DNA of 37,513 nt from Oscillospiraceae bacterium (GTDB taxonomy: Bacteria > Bacillota > Clostridia > UMGS1810): the NCBI GenBank assembly GCA_022769845.1, contig JALEIO010000132.1, positions 1 to 37,513 on the forward strand, given 5' to 3'. The first letter of the stretch is position 1, and the number at the start of each line of letters is the position of its first letter. Under the pieces are notes generated by a model that was not told where the DNA came from, searched no databases, and worked only from the letters and a program-made list of their open reading frames with translations. Of this stretch, positions 28,191 to 36,635 are shown one piece after another. The translations under genes and the position numbers were made by a program.

Positions 28191-29363
28191 ATGAAAATTA
28201 ATAAAAATTATGCCAATGTTGCAGAAAGCTATCTTTTTTCAGATATTGCAAAAAGAGTGGAGATTTTTACAAAAAACAATCCGGATAAAAAGGTTATAAA
28301 AATGGGAATAGGCGACGTTACGCTTCCTCTTTGCGACGCTGTAATTAAAAAAATGCACGCCGCAGTGGACGAAATGAGCAAAAAAGAAACCTTCAAGGGC
28401 TACGGCCCCGAGCAAGGCTACGCTTTTTTGCGAAATTCGATAAAAGATTATTACAAATCGCACAATGTTGATTTGGACGAAAATGAAATTTTTATAAGCG
28501 ACGGCGCAAAAAGTGACCTCGGCAACATTCTTGATTTGTTCGACAAGGACAACGTTTGCCTTGTGCCCGACCCTGTTTATCCCGTTTATGTTGACACCAA
28601 TGTTATGGCAGGCAGAAAAATTATATTTATGAATGCGAATGAGGAAAACGGATTTTTGCCGCTGCCCGACAAAAACGTAAAATGCGACATTATTTACATC
28701 TGCTCGCCCAATAACCCCACAGGCGCGGCGTATAATTACGAGCAGCTTAAGGCTTGGGTGGATTACGCTGCTGATAATAAAGCGGTAATTCTTTTTGACA
28801 GCGCATACGAGGCGTTTATTGAGGAAGATTTGCCGAGAAGTATTTTTGAAATAGAGGGTGCGAAAAATTGCGCGATTGAGTTTTGCTCATTCTCAAAAAC
28901 GGCAGGATTTACAGGCACTCGCTGCGGATATACTGTTGTTCCGAAAACGCTTGAATTTGACGGTATGAATCTTAACAAAATGTGGCTTCGCCGACAGACA
29001 ACAAAGTTTAACGGTGTCCCGTATATTGTTCAGGCGGGCGCAAGTGCGGTGTTTACCGAGGAAGGTCAGAAGGAAATTAAAGCGGCGCTTTCGTATTATA
29101 AGGAAAACGCGCGCGTTATGGCAAAAACTCTTGAAGAAATGGGAATTTGGTTTACAGGCGGCAAAAATTCGCCGTATATTTGGCTTAAATGCCCCAACAA
29201 TATGAAGTCGTGGGACTTTTTCGACCTTCTTCTTGAAAAGGCAAATGTTGTCGGCACACCCGGAGCGGGATTTGGAAAAAACGGCGAGGGATTTTTCCGC
29301 TTAACTGCATTCGGCGACAATGAAAACACCAAAATTGCAATGGAAAGATTTAAAAATATATAA
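28191..29363 (+). CDS. dapL: LL-diaminopimelate aminotransferase
   Basis: SYLF, GIGDVT, GYGPEQGY, SDGAK, NNPTG, SFSKTAGFTGTRCG, KFNG; follows dapF. Confidence 0.93.
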   Translation: MKINKNYANVAESYLFSDIAKRVEIFTKNNPDKKVIKMGIGDVTLPLCDAVIKKMHAAVDEMSKKETFKGYGPEQGYAFLRNSIKDYYKSHNVDLDENEIFISDGAKSDLGNILDLFDKDNVCLVPDPVYPVYVDTNVMAGRKIIFMNANEENGFLPLPDKNVKCDIIYICSPNNPTGAAYNYEQLKAWVDYAADNKAVILFDSAYEAFIEEDLPRSIFEIEGAKNCAIEFCSFSKTAGFTGTRCGYTVVPKTLEFDGMNLNKMWLRRQTTKFNGVPYIVQAGASAVFTEEGQKEIKAALSYYKENARVMAKTLEEMGIWFTGGKNSPYIWLKCPNNMKSWDFFDLLLEKANVVGTPGAGFGKNGEGFFRLTAFGDNENTKIAMERFKNI

Positions 29364-29403
29364 AAATATATAAAATTTTGTTTTATGAAGGAGAATTTTT
29401 GCG

Positions 29404-30165
29404 TTGAAAGTATCGGTTGTCGGCAATAAAAAAATCGGAGTGTGCTTTGCGCGGCTTTTAAAGAAAAAAGGGTTTGATTTAATTTCGTACTACTGCGACG
29501 ATATTGAAACAGGCGTGAAATACGCTGTTGCCGCAGGCTGCAAGGCTTATGTGGATTTAAAACGCACGGTGGAGGAAAGCGAACTTATTATTGTTGCGGT
29601 TGCAGACAGTTCTCTTAAACGGTTTATGCGCAAAATTGCCTCATTCAAGCCTGAAAACAAGGTGTTTTGCGCAATCAGCAACGGTGAAAACTCCGATTCT
29701 ATAAACATTGGCGGCAGCAATACATATTTTTCGGCGTTTGTTCCAAAATTCGCATTGGAAAACGGCAATTTTGCCGATATTTCGGACACTGTGATTTTCT
29801 TTGAGGGATCAGGCAAGGATTACTGGGATTTTTATGACGTTTTGTATGTAAGAAAGGTTAATTTTAAAATTATTGACAAAACGCAAAAGTGCGGTTTGGT
29901 TATTGCTGCGGCATTTGTTACCGATTTTAAAAAAATGCTGTTCGGCATTGCTGATGACGTGCTTAAAAAAGCAAAGCTTGACGATGACTGGCTTATAGAT
30001 TTGGCAGAGTATCCTGCTGATAAGCTTTCTGAACAAAGCAGCGAATTTAACGCTGACCTTCACAGAATGACGCTTGATTTTGCGGCGGTGGATTCCGATA
30101 CATCTCATAAGCTTTCGTCTGTGATTAAGGTGTTGGAGGTTATGGGCGTTAGTTATTTTAACTGA
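29404..30165 (+). CDS. Divergent Rossmann-like / DUF2520-type protein
   Basis: N-terminal beta-alpha-beta (MKVSVVGNKKIG...LIIVAVAD) recalls Rossmann-like/DUF2520 proteins; RBS aaggag before a TTG start. Confidence 0.55.
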   Translation: MKVSVVGNKKIGVCFARLLKKKGFDLISYYCDDIETGVKYAVAAGCKAYVDLKRTVEESELIIVAVADSSLKRFMRKIASFKPENKVFCAISNGENSDSINIGGSNTYFSAFVPKFALENGNFADISDTVIFFEGSGKDYWDFYDVLYVRKVNFKIIDKTQKCGLVIAAAFVTDFKKMLFGIADDVLKKAKLDDDWLIDLAEYPADKLSEQSSEFNADLHRMTLDFAAVDSDTSHKLSSVIKVLEVMGVSYFN

Positions 30166-30192
30166 AAATTTGGTGAAAATTACCGCTGAATA

Positions 30193-30221
30193 TTGACAAT
30201 TTGACGAAAATGGGGTATTAT
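30193..30221 (+). promoter_or_regulatory. SigmaA promoter for hpf
   Basis: TTGACA-N17-TATTAT, implying a leader of about 130 nt. Confidence 0.7.
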
Positions 30222-30305
30222 AAATATAAAGAAAAGGTTTTTATGAAAAACAAACGCATTTGGTGTTGTCCGTAAGCGCAGCGGAGCTTTCCGCTAAAAG
30301 TAAAA

Positions 30306-30343
30306 TTTTACACAAACGGATTTTACACCGAAAAGTTTTACAC
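30306..30343 (+). repeat. Three TTTTACAC direct repeats with an exact 15-bp period in the hpf leader
   Basis: Copies at 30306, 30321 and 30336; the last ends 3 nt before the RBS gaaggag. Confidence 0.8.
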
Positions 30344-30360
30344 ATGAAGGAGATGTTTTT

Positions 30361-30882
30361 ATGAAAATTAAGATTGTTGCAAGAAAAATGGAACTTACCC
30401 CGGCTATTGAAAGCTATGTTGAGAAAAAAATAAGCAAGCTCGGAAAGTTTTTTACGGAAGATGTTGACGCAACCGTTACATTGTCTGCACAAAAAGGCAA
30501 TCAAATTGCCGAGCTTACCATATATTACGGCGGAATGGTTTTCCGATGTGAGGAGCGTTGCGATGATTTGTACCGTTCGATTGATATTATTGAAGATTTG
30601 ATGGAGCGTCAGATAAGAAAACATAAGACAAAGCTTGAAAAAAGGCTTAAAAAAGCGGTTGTTGTTCCTGATGATGTTCAGAGCGTACCGGAAGAAGAAA
30701 AAGAATTTAAAATTGTCAAGACCAAGAAATATTCTAAAAAGCCTATGAGTGCGGAGGAAGCAATTTTGCAGATGAATATGCTCGGTCACAACTTTTATAT
30801 TTTTGACAATTCAGCTGAAGGCAGTGTTGCGGTTGTTTATAAGAGAAATGACGGCAACTACGGTTTAATTGAGTTGGAATAG
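30361..30882 (+). CDS. hpf: Ribosome hibernation promoting factor (long HPF/RaiA)
   Basis: LTPAI.SYVEKK..KL.KFF, DLY.SID, RQIRKHKTK; C-terminal KPMS.EEAILQM..LGHNF..VVYKR.DGNYGLIE. Confidence 0.95.
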   Translation: MKIKIVARKMELTPAIESYVEKKISKLGKFFTEDVDATVTLSAQKGNQIAELTIYYGGMVFRCEERCDDLYRSIDIIEDLMERQIRKHKTKLEKRLKKAVVVPDDVQSVPEEEKEFKIVKTKKYSKKPMSAEEAILQMNMLGHNFYIFDNSAEGSVAVVYKRNDGNYGLIELE

Positions 30883-30892
30883 AAAAAATTAT

Positions 30893-30923
30893 AAACGGGT
30901 CGGAATTTACCGACCCGTTTTTT
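30893..30923 (+). terminator. Intrinsic terminator of hpf
   Basis: aaacgggtcgg / ccgacccgttt stem followed by a T-run. Confidence 0.85.
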
Positions 30924-31150
30924 ATAACATAGGAAATTGCTCGTTTTGAGTTAGCAATTTTGCTTGTTCAAAAAAAGCGAACCATACTGCCCCCAAGATT
31001 GGGGGTCAGGGGGTTGATACGTTTTAACGCTTTTTTATAACATAGGAAATTGCGCGCGAGAAGTGCGCAATCAGCTTGTTTCAAAAAAGCGAACCATCCT
31101 GCCCCCAAGATTGGGGGTTAGGAGGTTGATGTGTTAAAAACGCTTTTTTA
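30918..31150. repeat. Two tandem 113-bp structured repeat units (30918-31030, 31031-31143)
   Basis: Both start ttttttataacataggaaattgc and share aaaaaagcgaaccat.ctgcccccaagattgggggt.agg.ggttgat...aacgc; each has two stem-loop regions. Confidence 0.85.
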
Positions 31151-31226
31151 TGTAAAATTAATGTGTGCCAAAGTAAAAGGCATACGAAATTTAACGTTGT
31201 TGTGCGAAAATTATAATAAGAACGTA

Positions 31227-32693
31227 TTATTTTTCGATAACTTTTTTAAATCTTTCAAACGCTTCGTCCCACTCGGCAGTATGATTAGGCTTATATTCTT
31301 TTACGGGGAAGGAGTTTGCTATAATTCTTCGTGCTTCGGCAATATCCTTTATTTCGCCCGCATTTATAAGGCACATTGCAATATTTCCGAGCGCTGTTGC
31401 CTCAATCGGACCGGCATTGACCTCTGTATCGCACGCGTCTGCGGTCATTGTGCAGAGGAACGGGTCTTTTGTTCCGCCGCCGACAATATTTATTTTTTCA
31501 AACTTTTTGCCGGTGATTTTTTCAAGATTGATAAGTGAAAGCTTATATTTAAGGGCAAGGCTTTCATATATGCAACGCACCGTTTCGCCTATGGTTTCGG
31601 GTGTGCGCTGACCTGTTTTTTTGCAGTATTCATAAATTCTTTTGGGAATATCGCCGGGCTTTCCGAATTCGGGATAATCAGGGTCAATAAAGCATTTAAA
31701 CGGTTCGGATTCCCTCGCCATTGCCTCAAGGTCGGCAAAGCTTAAATCCTTACCCTCTTTTTTGTATGTACGGCGCGATTCCTGTATTAGCCAAAGACCC
31801 ATAATATTTGTGAGAAATCTTATTTTTCCGCCGCAGCCGCCTTCATTTGTGTAAGACGAGAGATAGCCTGCTTCGGTTATGTTCGGCTCATCAAGCTCTG
31901 TTCCGAAAAGTGACCAAGTTCCGCAGCTTATATATACAAAATTCTTTTTATCCGACGGAACGGACACCACGGCGGACGCGGTATCGTGCGAGCCGACTGC
32001 GATAACATCTGCTTTTTTAACCTTTAATTCTTCGCATACCTTGTCGGAAAGCGAGCCTATTTTTTGACCGGGCATAATTATATCGCAAAAAATATCGGTG
32101 TTTATGCCGAATTTTTCCAAAAGTTCAAAATCCCAGTTTTTTGTATACGGATTAAGCATTTGAGATGTGGAGGCAATGGTATATTCGTTTTTTGCAACAC
32201 CGGTTAAAAAATAATTTAATAAATCCGGAATAAACAAAAAGGTTTTCGCGTTTTCAAGAATGTGATTTTTATGATTTTTTGCATAAACGAGCTGATAAAG
32301 CGTGTTAAAATTGAGAATTTGTATTCCGGTTTTTTCATAAATTTCTTTATCGCTCATAATTTCAAACGCTTCTTTTTGACCTATATCGTTTCGCGCATCG
32401 CGATAGTGTATGGGATTGGTAAGAAGCGAGCCGTCTTTGTCTAAAAGACCGTAATCAACTCCCCAGGTATCAATTCCGATAAGGTCAAAGCCGCCGTCGT
32501 TATTCGCCTTTACTATTGCCTGTTTAATTTCGTCTATAAGATGCAAAACATCCCAAAGAAAATCGTTTCCTGCCCATACTCCGTTATTTTGAAAACGGTG
32601 AATTTCTTTTAAGTTTATTTTTCCGTTTTCCATTTGCGCAATAATTCCTCGTCCGCTTGACGCCCCGAGATCGATTGCAAGCACTCTTTTCAT
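31227..32693 (-). CDS. rhaB: Rhamnulokinase (FGGY family; L-rhamnulose or L-fuculose kinase)
   Basis: AIDLGASSGR, EIHRF.N, GIDTWGVDY, HYRD.R, FNTLYQL, SHDTASAV, GTWSL, NIMGLW.IQE, GPIEATALGN. Confidence 0.88.
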   Translation of the reverse strand: MKRVLAIDLGASSGRGIIAQMENGKINLKEIHRFQNNGVWAGNDFLWDVLHLIDEIKQAIVKANNDGGFDLIGIDTWGVDYGLLDKDGSLLTNPIHYRDARNDIGQKEAFEIMSDKEIYEKTGIQILNFNTLYQLVYAKNHKNHILENAKTFLFIPDLLNYFLTGVAKNEYTIASTSQMLNPYTKNWDFELLEKFGINTDIFCDIIMPGQKIGSLSDKVCEELKVKKADVIAVGSHDTASAVVSVPSDKKNFVYISCGTWSLFGTELDEPNITEAGYLSSYTNEGGCGGKIRFLTNIMGLWLIQESRRTYKKEGKDLSFADLEAMARESEPFKCFIDPDYPEFGKPGDIPKRIYEYCKKTGQRTPETIGETVRCIYESLALKYKLSLINLEKITGKKFEKINIVGGGTKDPFLCTMTADACDTEVNAGPIEATALGNIAMCLINAGEIKDIAEARRIIANSFPVKEYKPNHTAEWDEAFERFKKVIEK

Positions 32694-32716
32694 ATTATAA
32701 TCCTCCTGTTTATATA

Positions 32717-34867
32717 TTAAAAACTTTTATTTTTAGAATTTTTTGCGCATTTTGAACAATTAGCGCTGCAATGGTTTTTGCTTAATATAAGGTAAAGTGC
32801 AACGCATACGATTGCAGCAACAAGGAAAATGCCAATTATAATTTCGGCAATTCCCGGCGCGGCATCTCTGCCAAACCCCATAAGGCGCCCTGCATTATAC
32901 ACGCAAAATGCAGCAGCATAGGCAAATGCGGTTTGATATATCATCATATAAATTGATTTTACCGTACTGTCAAATTCGCGCCTGATTGCCGCCATTGCCG
33001 CAACACACGGCATATAAAGAAGTGTGAAAATCAAAAACGACAACGCCGCAAGATGTGTTGTGAATATTGACGAAAGCCCTGCATCACCCGTAAGCATTTG
33101 CAGAGTGCTTACCACAGCCTCTTTTGCGGTAAGCCCGGTAATAAGCGCAGTTGCCGCCCGCCAGTCGCCGAAGCCGAGCGGTTTAAATACAGGCGCCGCT
33201 ATTCCTCCGATTGCTGCAAGTATGCTTTTTGAACTGTCGGATACCATATTAAAATGCGTATCGAAATTTTGCAAAATCCATATTACAATTGTTGCGCAAA
33301 AGATGATTGTAAACGCTTTTACGATAAAATCCTTTGCCTTTTCCCACATATGCAGACAAACGCTTTTAAATGACGGAAAGCGGTATGCCGGAAGCTCCAT
33401 AACAAACGGTACGGGCTTGCCTTTAAAAAATACGCCTTTTAAAAGCAGGCACGACAAAATTCCCATAATTATTCCGAATACATATAAAAATGTCATTATC
33501 AGCGCTTTGTGCGATGTAAAGAATGCCTGCACGAAAACCGCGTAAATAGGCAATTTAGCACTGCACGACATAAACGGCACGAGAAGTATTGTCATTTTTC
33601 GGTCGCGCTCGCTCGATAGGGTACGGGTTGCCATAATGGCAGGTACCGAACAGCCGAAACCTATTATCAGCGGTACAAACGAACGTCCCGAAAGACCGAT
33701 TTTGCGAAGAACCTTGTCCATTACAAACGCAACTCTTGCCATATATCCGGAATCTTCCAGAATGGATAGAAACAAAAACAAAATTACGATTGTGGGCAAA
33801 AAGCTCAAAACGCTTCCGACACCTGCAAAGATGCCGTCAATGATGAGTGAATGGAGAGCTTTGTTTATGTCGAGAGCGTAAAGCGCATTGTCCGCCGCTG
33901 CGGTTACAACGTCTATTAGGTATGAAAAGCCGCTGCTTAAATATGCCCCCAAAACGCCGAAGGTAAGGTAAAATATCAGCGCCATTATACCAATAAATAT
34001 AGGAAACGCAAAAAATTTATGAGTAAGAAGCGCATCAATTTTTATGCTGCGCTCCTGTTCTTTTGTCTGACCGGCTTTTACAACCGCCTTTTGGCACAGC
34101 GATGTTATAAAATCGTATCGCATATCGGCAAGTGCGGCTTCGCGGTCTGTGTCGAGATTGGTTTCCATTTCGGTTACAACGTGGTTTAAAATATCAAGCT
34201 CGTTTTGGTTTAAATCGAGCAGTTTAATCATTGGCTCGTCACCTTCTACAAGCTTTGTTGCGGCAAATCGAACGGGAATATTTTTTCGTTCGGCGTGATC
34301 CTCTATAAGGTGTGCAAGCGAATGGATTGCCCTGTGCACACTGCCTTTGCAAAAGTCGGTTTTTGCAGGCTTGTCATTGTTTTCCACAGTTTTTACCGCA
34401 ACGCTTACAAGCTCGTCAATTCCGTCGTTTTTGCTTGCGCTTATAGGAACTACCGGCACTCCGAGCTCGTTTGAGAGCATTTTAACATCTATAAAGCTTC
34501 CGCTTGACTTTATTTCATCCATCATATTAAGAGCAATTACCATTGGTATTCCAAGCTCAATAATTTGCAGCGACAGATAAAGATTTCGTTCAATATTTGT
34601 TGCGTCAATTATGTTTATTATTCCGTCGGGACGGTCGTTTATAAGAAAATCACGCGTTACAACCTCCTCAGCCGTGTAGGGAGATATTGAATAAATTCCC
34701 GGCAAATCGACAACAAATTTATCTTTTTGTTTTTTTATAATTCCTTCTTTTTTTTCAACCGTTACGCCCGGAAAATTTCCGACGTGCTGATTGCTGCCCG
34801 TAAGCTGATTGAAAAGCGTGGTTTTTCCGCAGTTTTGATTGCCTATCAGTGCAAATGTCATACTCAT
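32717..34867 (-). CDS. feoB: Ferrous iron transporter FeoB with a fused C-terminal TM and Cys-rich tail
   Basis: GNQNCGKT, VGNFPGVTVE, DLPG, NMMD G-domain motifs; GFGCSVPA, PFMSCSA, ELP.Y, YMPC gate motifs. Confidence 0.95.
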   Translation of the reverse strand: MSMTFALIGNQNCGKTTLFNQLTGSNQHVGNFPGVTVEKKEGIIKKQKDKFVVDLPGIYSISPYTAEEVVTRDFLINDRPDGIINIIDATNIERNLYLSLQIIELGIPMVIALNMMDEIKSSGSFIDVKMLSNELGVPVVPISASKNDGIDELVSVAVKTVENNDKPAKTDFCKGSVHRAIHSLAHLIEDHAERKNIPVRFAATKLVEGDEPMIKLLDLNQNELDILNHVVTEMETNLDTDREAALADMRYDFITSLCQKAVVKAGQTKEQERSIKIDALLTHKFFAFPIFIGIMALIFYLTFGVLGAYLSSGFSYLIDVVTAAADNALYALDINKALHSLIIDGIFAGVGSVLSFLPTIVILFLFLSILEDSGYMARVAFVMDKVLRKIGLSGRSFVPLIIGFGCSVPAIMATRTLSSERDRKMTILLVPFMSCSAKLPIYAVFVQAFFTSHKALIMTFLYVFGIIMGILSCLLLKGVFFKGKPVPFVMELPAYRFPSFKSVCLHMWEKAKDFIVKAFTIIFCATIVIWILQNFDTHFNMVSDSSKSILAAIGGIAAPVFKPLGFGDWRAATALITGLTAKEAVVSTLQMLTGDAGLSSIFTTHLAALSFLIFTLLYMPCVAAMAAIRREFDSTVKSIYMMIYQTAFAYAAAFCVYNAGRLMGFGRDAAPGIAEIIIGIFLVAAIVCVALYLILSKNHCSANCSKCAKNSKNKSF

Positions 34868-34888
34868 TTTTTCACTTCAAATCCTTGA

Positions 34889-35113
34889 TTATTTTTTTAA
34901 AATTTCTATATTTTTTGCGTCCTCAAGCCTTATGGTAAGCTCGTATCCGCGAAGAAAAAGCTCAATCGGGTCGCCCAAAGGCGCAACCTTTCGCACAAAA
35001 ACCTCGGTTTTGGGAGTAAGCCCCATATCCAAAAGCCGCCGTCTTAACGCTCCTTTTCCGCCAACTGCTGTGATTACTCCCGAAGAACCTACTTTTAGTT
35101 TGTCAAGCGTCAT
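34889..35113 (-). CDS. feoA: Ferrous iron transport protein A
   Basis: RRLLDMGL, APLGDP, LRGYEL; RBS ggagg. Confidence 0.95.
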   Translation of the reverse strand: MTLDKLKVGSSGVITAVGGKGALRRRLLDMGLTPKTEVFVRKVAPLGDPIELFLRGYELTIRLEDAKNIEILKK

Positions 35114-35147
35114 TTTTAAAAATCCTCCAATGCTTTTTTACTGATTT

Positions 35148-35177
35148 ATTATACAACAATTACCCTTCTTTTGTCAA
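35148..35177 (-). promoter_or_regulatory. SigmaA promoter for feoA-feoB-rhaB
   Basis: Minus strand TTGACA-N18-TATAAT. Confidence 0.7.
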
Positions 35178-35183
35178 TTGCTA

Positions 35184-35212
35184 TTGATTTTACAATCAAA
35201 ATATGTTATATT
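35184..35212 (+). promoter_or_regulatory. SigmaA promoter for the LCP-like gene
   Basis: TTGATT-N17-TATATT with extended -10 TG. Confidence 0.5.
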
Positions 35213-35245
35213 TTAATTGTTATAATGATTTTTAAGGCGGAGATT

Positions 35246-36094
35246 ATGCTGTTTCAAAAAGAAGATAGATTAAAAATACTTATTATTTCGGTATGTTCAT
35301 TTGTTGTGATTTTTTTGGGTGTAATATGCGCGTTTTCGTTAAATAATCTTAAAAGCGAAAGCAAAACGCTGCCCGATCGGTTAAAAAAAATCACCAATAT
35401 TTTGGTGATTTTTCTAAACGACGAAAAAAAAGAAGCGGATTCTTTTTGCATTGTTTCGATTGACGTAAAAACAAATAAAATTGCGGCTGCGGATGTGCCG
35501 AGAGAGTCAAAAATTTCATACGACAAAGAGAAAAAGTCGCTTCGCGAGGTTTATTATGATGAAGGTGCGGACGTTTTGAAGTCGGAAACCGAAAAACTTT
35601 TGAACGTAAAAATTGACAAATATATTTGTCTTGACAAAGATTTAATTGAAAAAATTGTAAACATTACGGGCGATATTACGGTTAATTTTCCGCGCTCCGT
35701 TTCGTTTTCAAAAAACGGCGAAAGCTTTAATTTTCAAAACGGTGAAAATGTGCTTAACCCAAAAAGCTTTGCGCTGTCGCTTATGTATCTTTCAAATCTT
35801 TCCGCGCAGAATGCGGAAAAGCTTGAATGCTTGAAAGCATTTTTTGCAACTCTTGCAAACGCCGAGTTTGCTCCGTGGCAGGACAAGGAATTTTTGAATA
35901 TTGTAAAAAAGACGAAAACAGATATTGCAAGCTATGAGGCGGAAGATTTTATAGCGGTATTTTCGGCAATGAACAATGCAGACGTGTACTCTATAACCAT
36001 TGACGGAAAATATGAGTATATAGACGGATACCTGTATTTTCTGCCTGAAATAAACGGTGATATTTTTGCAAAAAATCAGGCTGACGGTCGTTAA
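35246..36094 (+). CDS. Divergent LCP (LytR-CpsA-Psr)-family protein
   Basis: N-terminal TM anchor, NILVI, ADS, VPRES, IDKYI, G.ITV, G.NVLN, KTDI layout typical of LCP; ATG 35246 follows ggcggag. Confidence 0.7.
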   Translation: MLFQKEDRLKILIISVCSFVVIFLGVICAFSLNNLKSESKTLPDRLKKITNILVIFLNDEKKEADSFCIVSIDVKTNKIAAADVPRESKISYDKEKKSLREVYYDEGADVLKSETEKLLNVKIDKYICLDKDLIEKIVNITGDITVNFPRSVSFSKNGESFNFQNGENVLNPKSFALSLMYLSNLSAQNAEKLECLKAFFATLANAEFAPWQDKEFLNIVKKTKTDIASYEAEDFIAVFSAMNNADVYSITIDGKYEYIDGYLYFLPEINGDIFAKNQADGR

Positions 36095-36108
36095 AAATCC
36101 GTCAGCCC
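36068..36108 (-). terminator. Terminator of the microprotein operon, overlapping the LCP stop codon
   Basis: ggctgacgg (36079-36087) / ccgtcagcc (36099-36107) stem; tgatttttt follows on the minus strand. Confidence 0.7.
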
Positions 36109-36143
36109 GAAGGAAAGCCATATCGTTCTGCTTTGAATTTTAT

Positions 36144-36305
36144 TTAGCAGCAGCAATCGTCATTTGAAAACAGCAGCCAGATTATAACTATTGCGCCTAT
36201 TATAATCCAGATGTTTGTTCCGGAAAATATGCCGCAGGTGTTTTTACAGCAAGGGTCGGGCGGGCAATGCGGTTTTACCTCGCACGGATTACAGCAGTCA
36301 ATCAT
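36144..36305 (-). CDS. Cys-rich single-TM microprotein 3 (53 aa)
   Basis: MIDCCNPCEVKPHCPPDPCCKNTCGIFSGTNIWIIIGAIVIIWLLFSNDDCCC*; RBS ggaggt; hand-translated, below the ORF-track cutoff. Confidence 0.8.
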   Translation of the reverse strand: MIDCCNPCEVKPHCPPDPCCKNTCGIFSGTNIWIIIGAIVIIWLLFSNDDCCC

Positions 36306-36329
36306 ATTTTACCTCCAAATTACTTAAAA

Positions 36330-36449
36330 TTACTGGCAGCAGGGGGTATTGTCCTCGCCGCAGTTTATGAATAACAAAAGAATGAGTATTAAGAACCACA
36401 ATACTGTACTGCTGTTTTCGCAGCAGCCGTTGTTACCAAAACCGAACAT
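36330..36449 (-). CDS. Cys-rich single-TM microprotein 2 (39 aa)
   Basis: MFGFGNNGCCENSSTVLWFLILILLLFINCGEDNTPCCQ*; RBS taaggaggtg; hand-translated. Confidence 0.8.
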   Translation of the reverse strand: MFGFGNNGCCENSSTVLWFLILILLLFINCGEDNTPCCQ

Positions 36450-36489
36450 TTAAGTGCACCTCCTTATTTTTGGATTTTTTGCGCCTTTA

Positions 36490-36585
36490 TCAGTCGCAGC
36501 AGCCGAAAAGAAGCAGGAACACTAAAATGAAAAACAATATACCGTCATTTCCGTTAAAAAGGTTCGGGCAGCAGCCTCTTGTCAT
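36490..36585 (-). CDS. Cys-rich single-TM microprotein 1 (31 aa)
   Basis: MTRGCCPNLFNGNDGILFFILVFLLLFGCCD*; RBS ggaggtg; hand-translated. Confidence 0.8.
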   Translation of the reverse strand: MTRGCCPNLFNGNDGILFFILVFLLLFGCCD

Positions 36586-36635
36586 AGTTAACACCTCCAC
36601 TTATTATTCTGTGTTTGAGCCTGTTGGCTTAATAA

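Noticed and set aside
29351-29375. 10-bp tandem repeat taaaaatata across the dapL stop
   Set aside because: Low-complexity AT-rich slippage; DapL length and motifs look complete.
30228-30360. Canonical raiA-motif ncRNA
   Set aside because: The leader is shorter than that RNA and I could not match its consensus by eye.
30241-30789. 182-aa minus-strand ORF opposite hpf, and the many similar antisense or alternate-frame ORFs across the window
   Set aside because: They overlap well-supported genes and have no family motifs; consistent with shadow ORFs.
30918-31150. CRISPR array or type III toxin-antitoxin RNA array
   Set aside because: Only two long units, no unique spacers of CRISPR type, and no cas or toxin gene nearby.
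31131-31538. 135-aa plus-strand ORF preceded by AGGAGGT
   Set aside because: The SD-like sequence is the stem arm of repeat copy 2, copy 1 has no equivalent start, and most of the ORF is antisense to rhaB with no recognisable motif.
36144-36585. RiPP or bacteriocin precursor cluster
   Set aside because: No leader/double-glycine pattern and no adjacent radical SAM, lanthionine synthetase, peptidase or ABC exporter.
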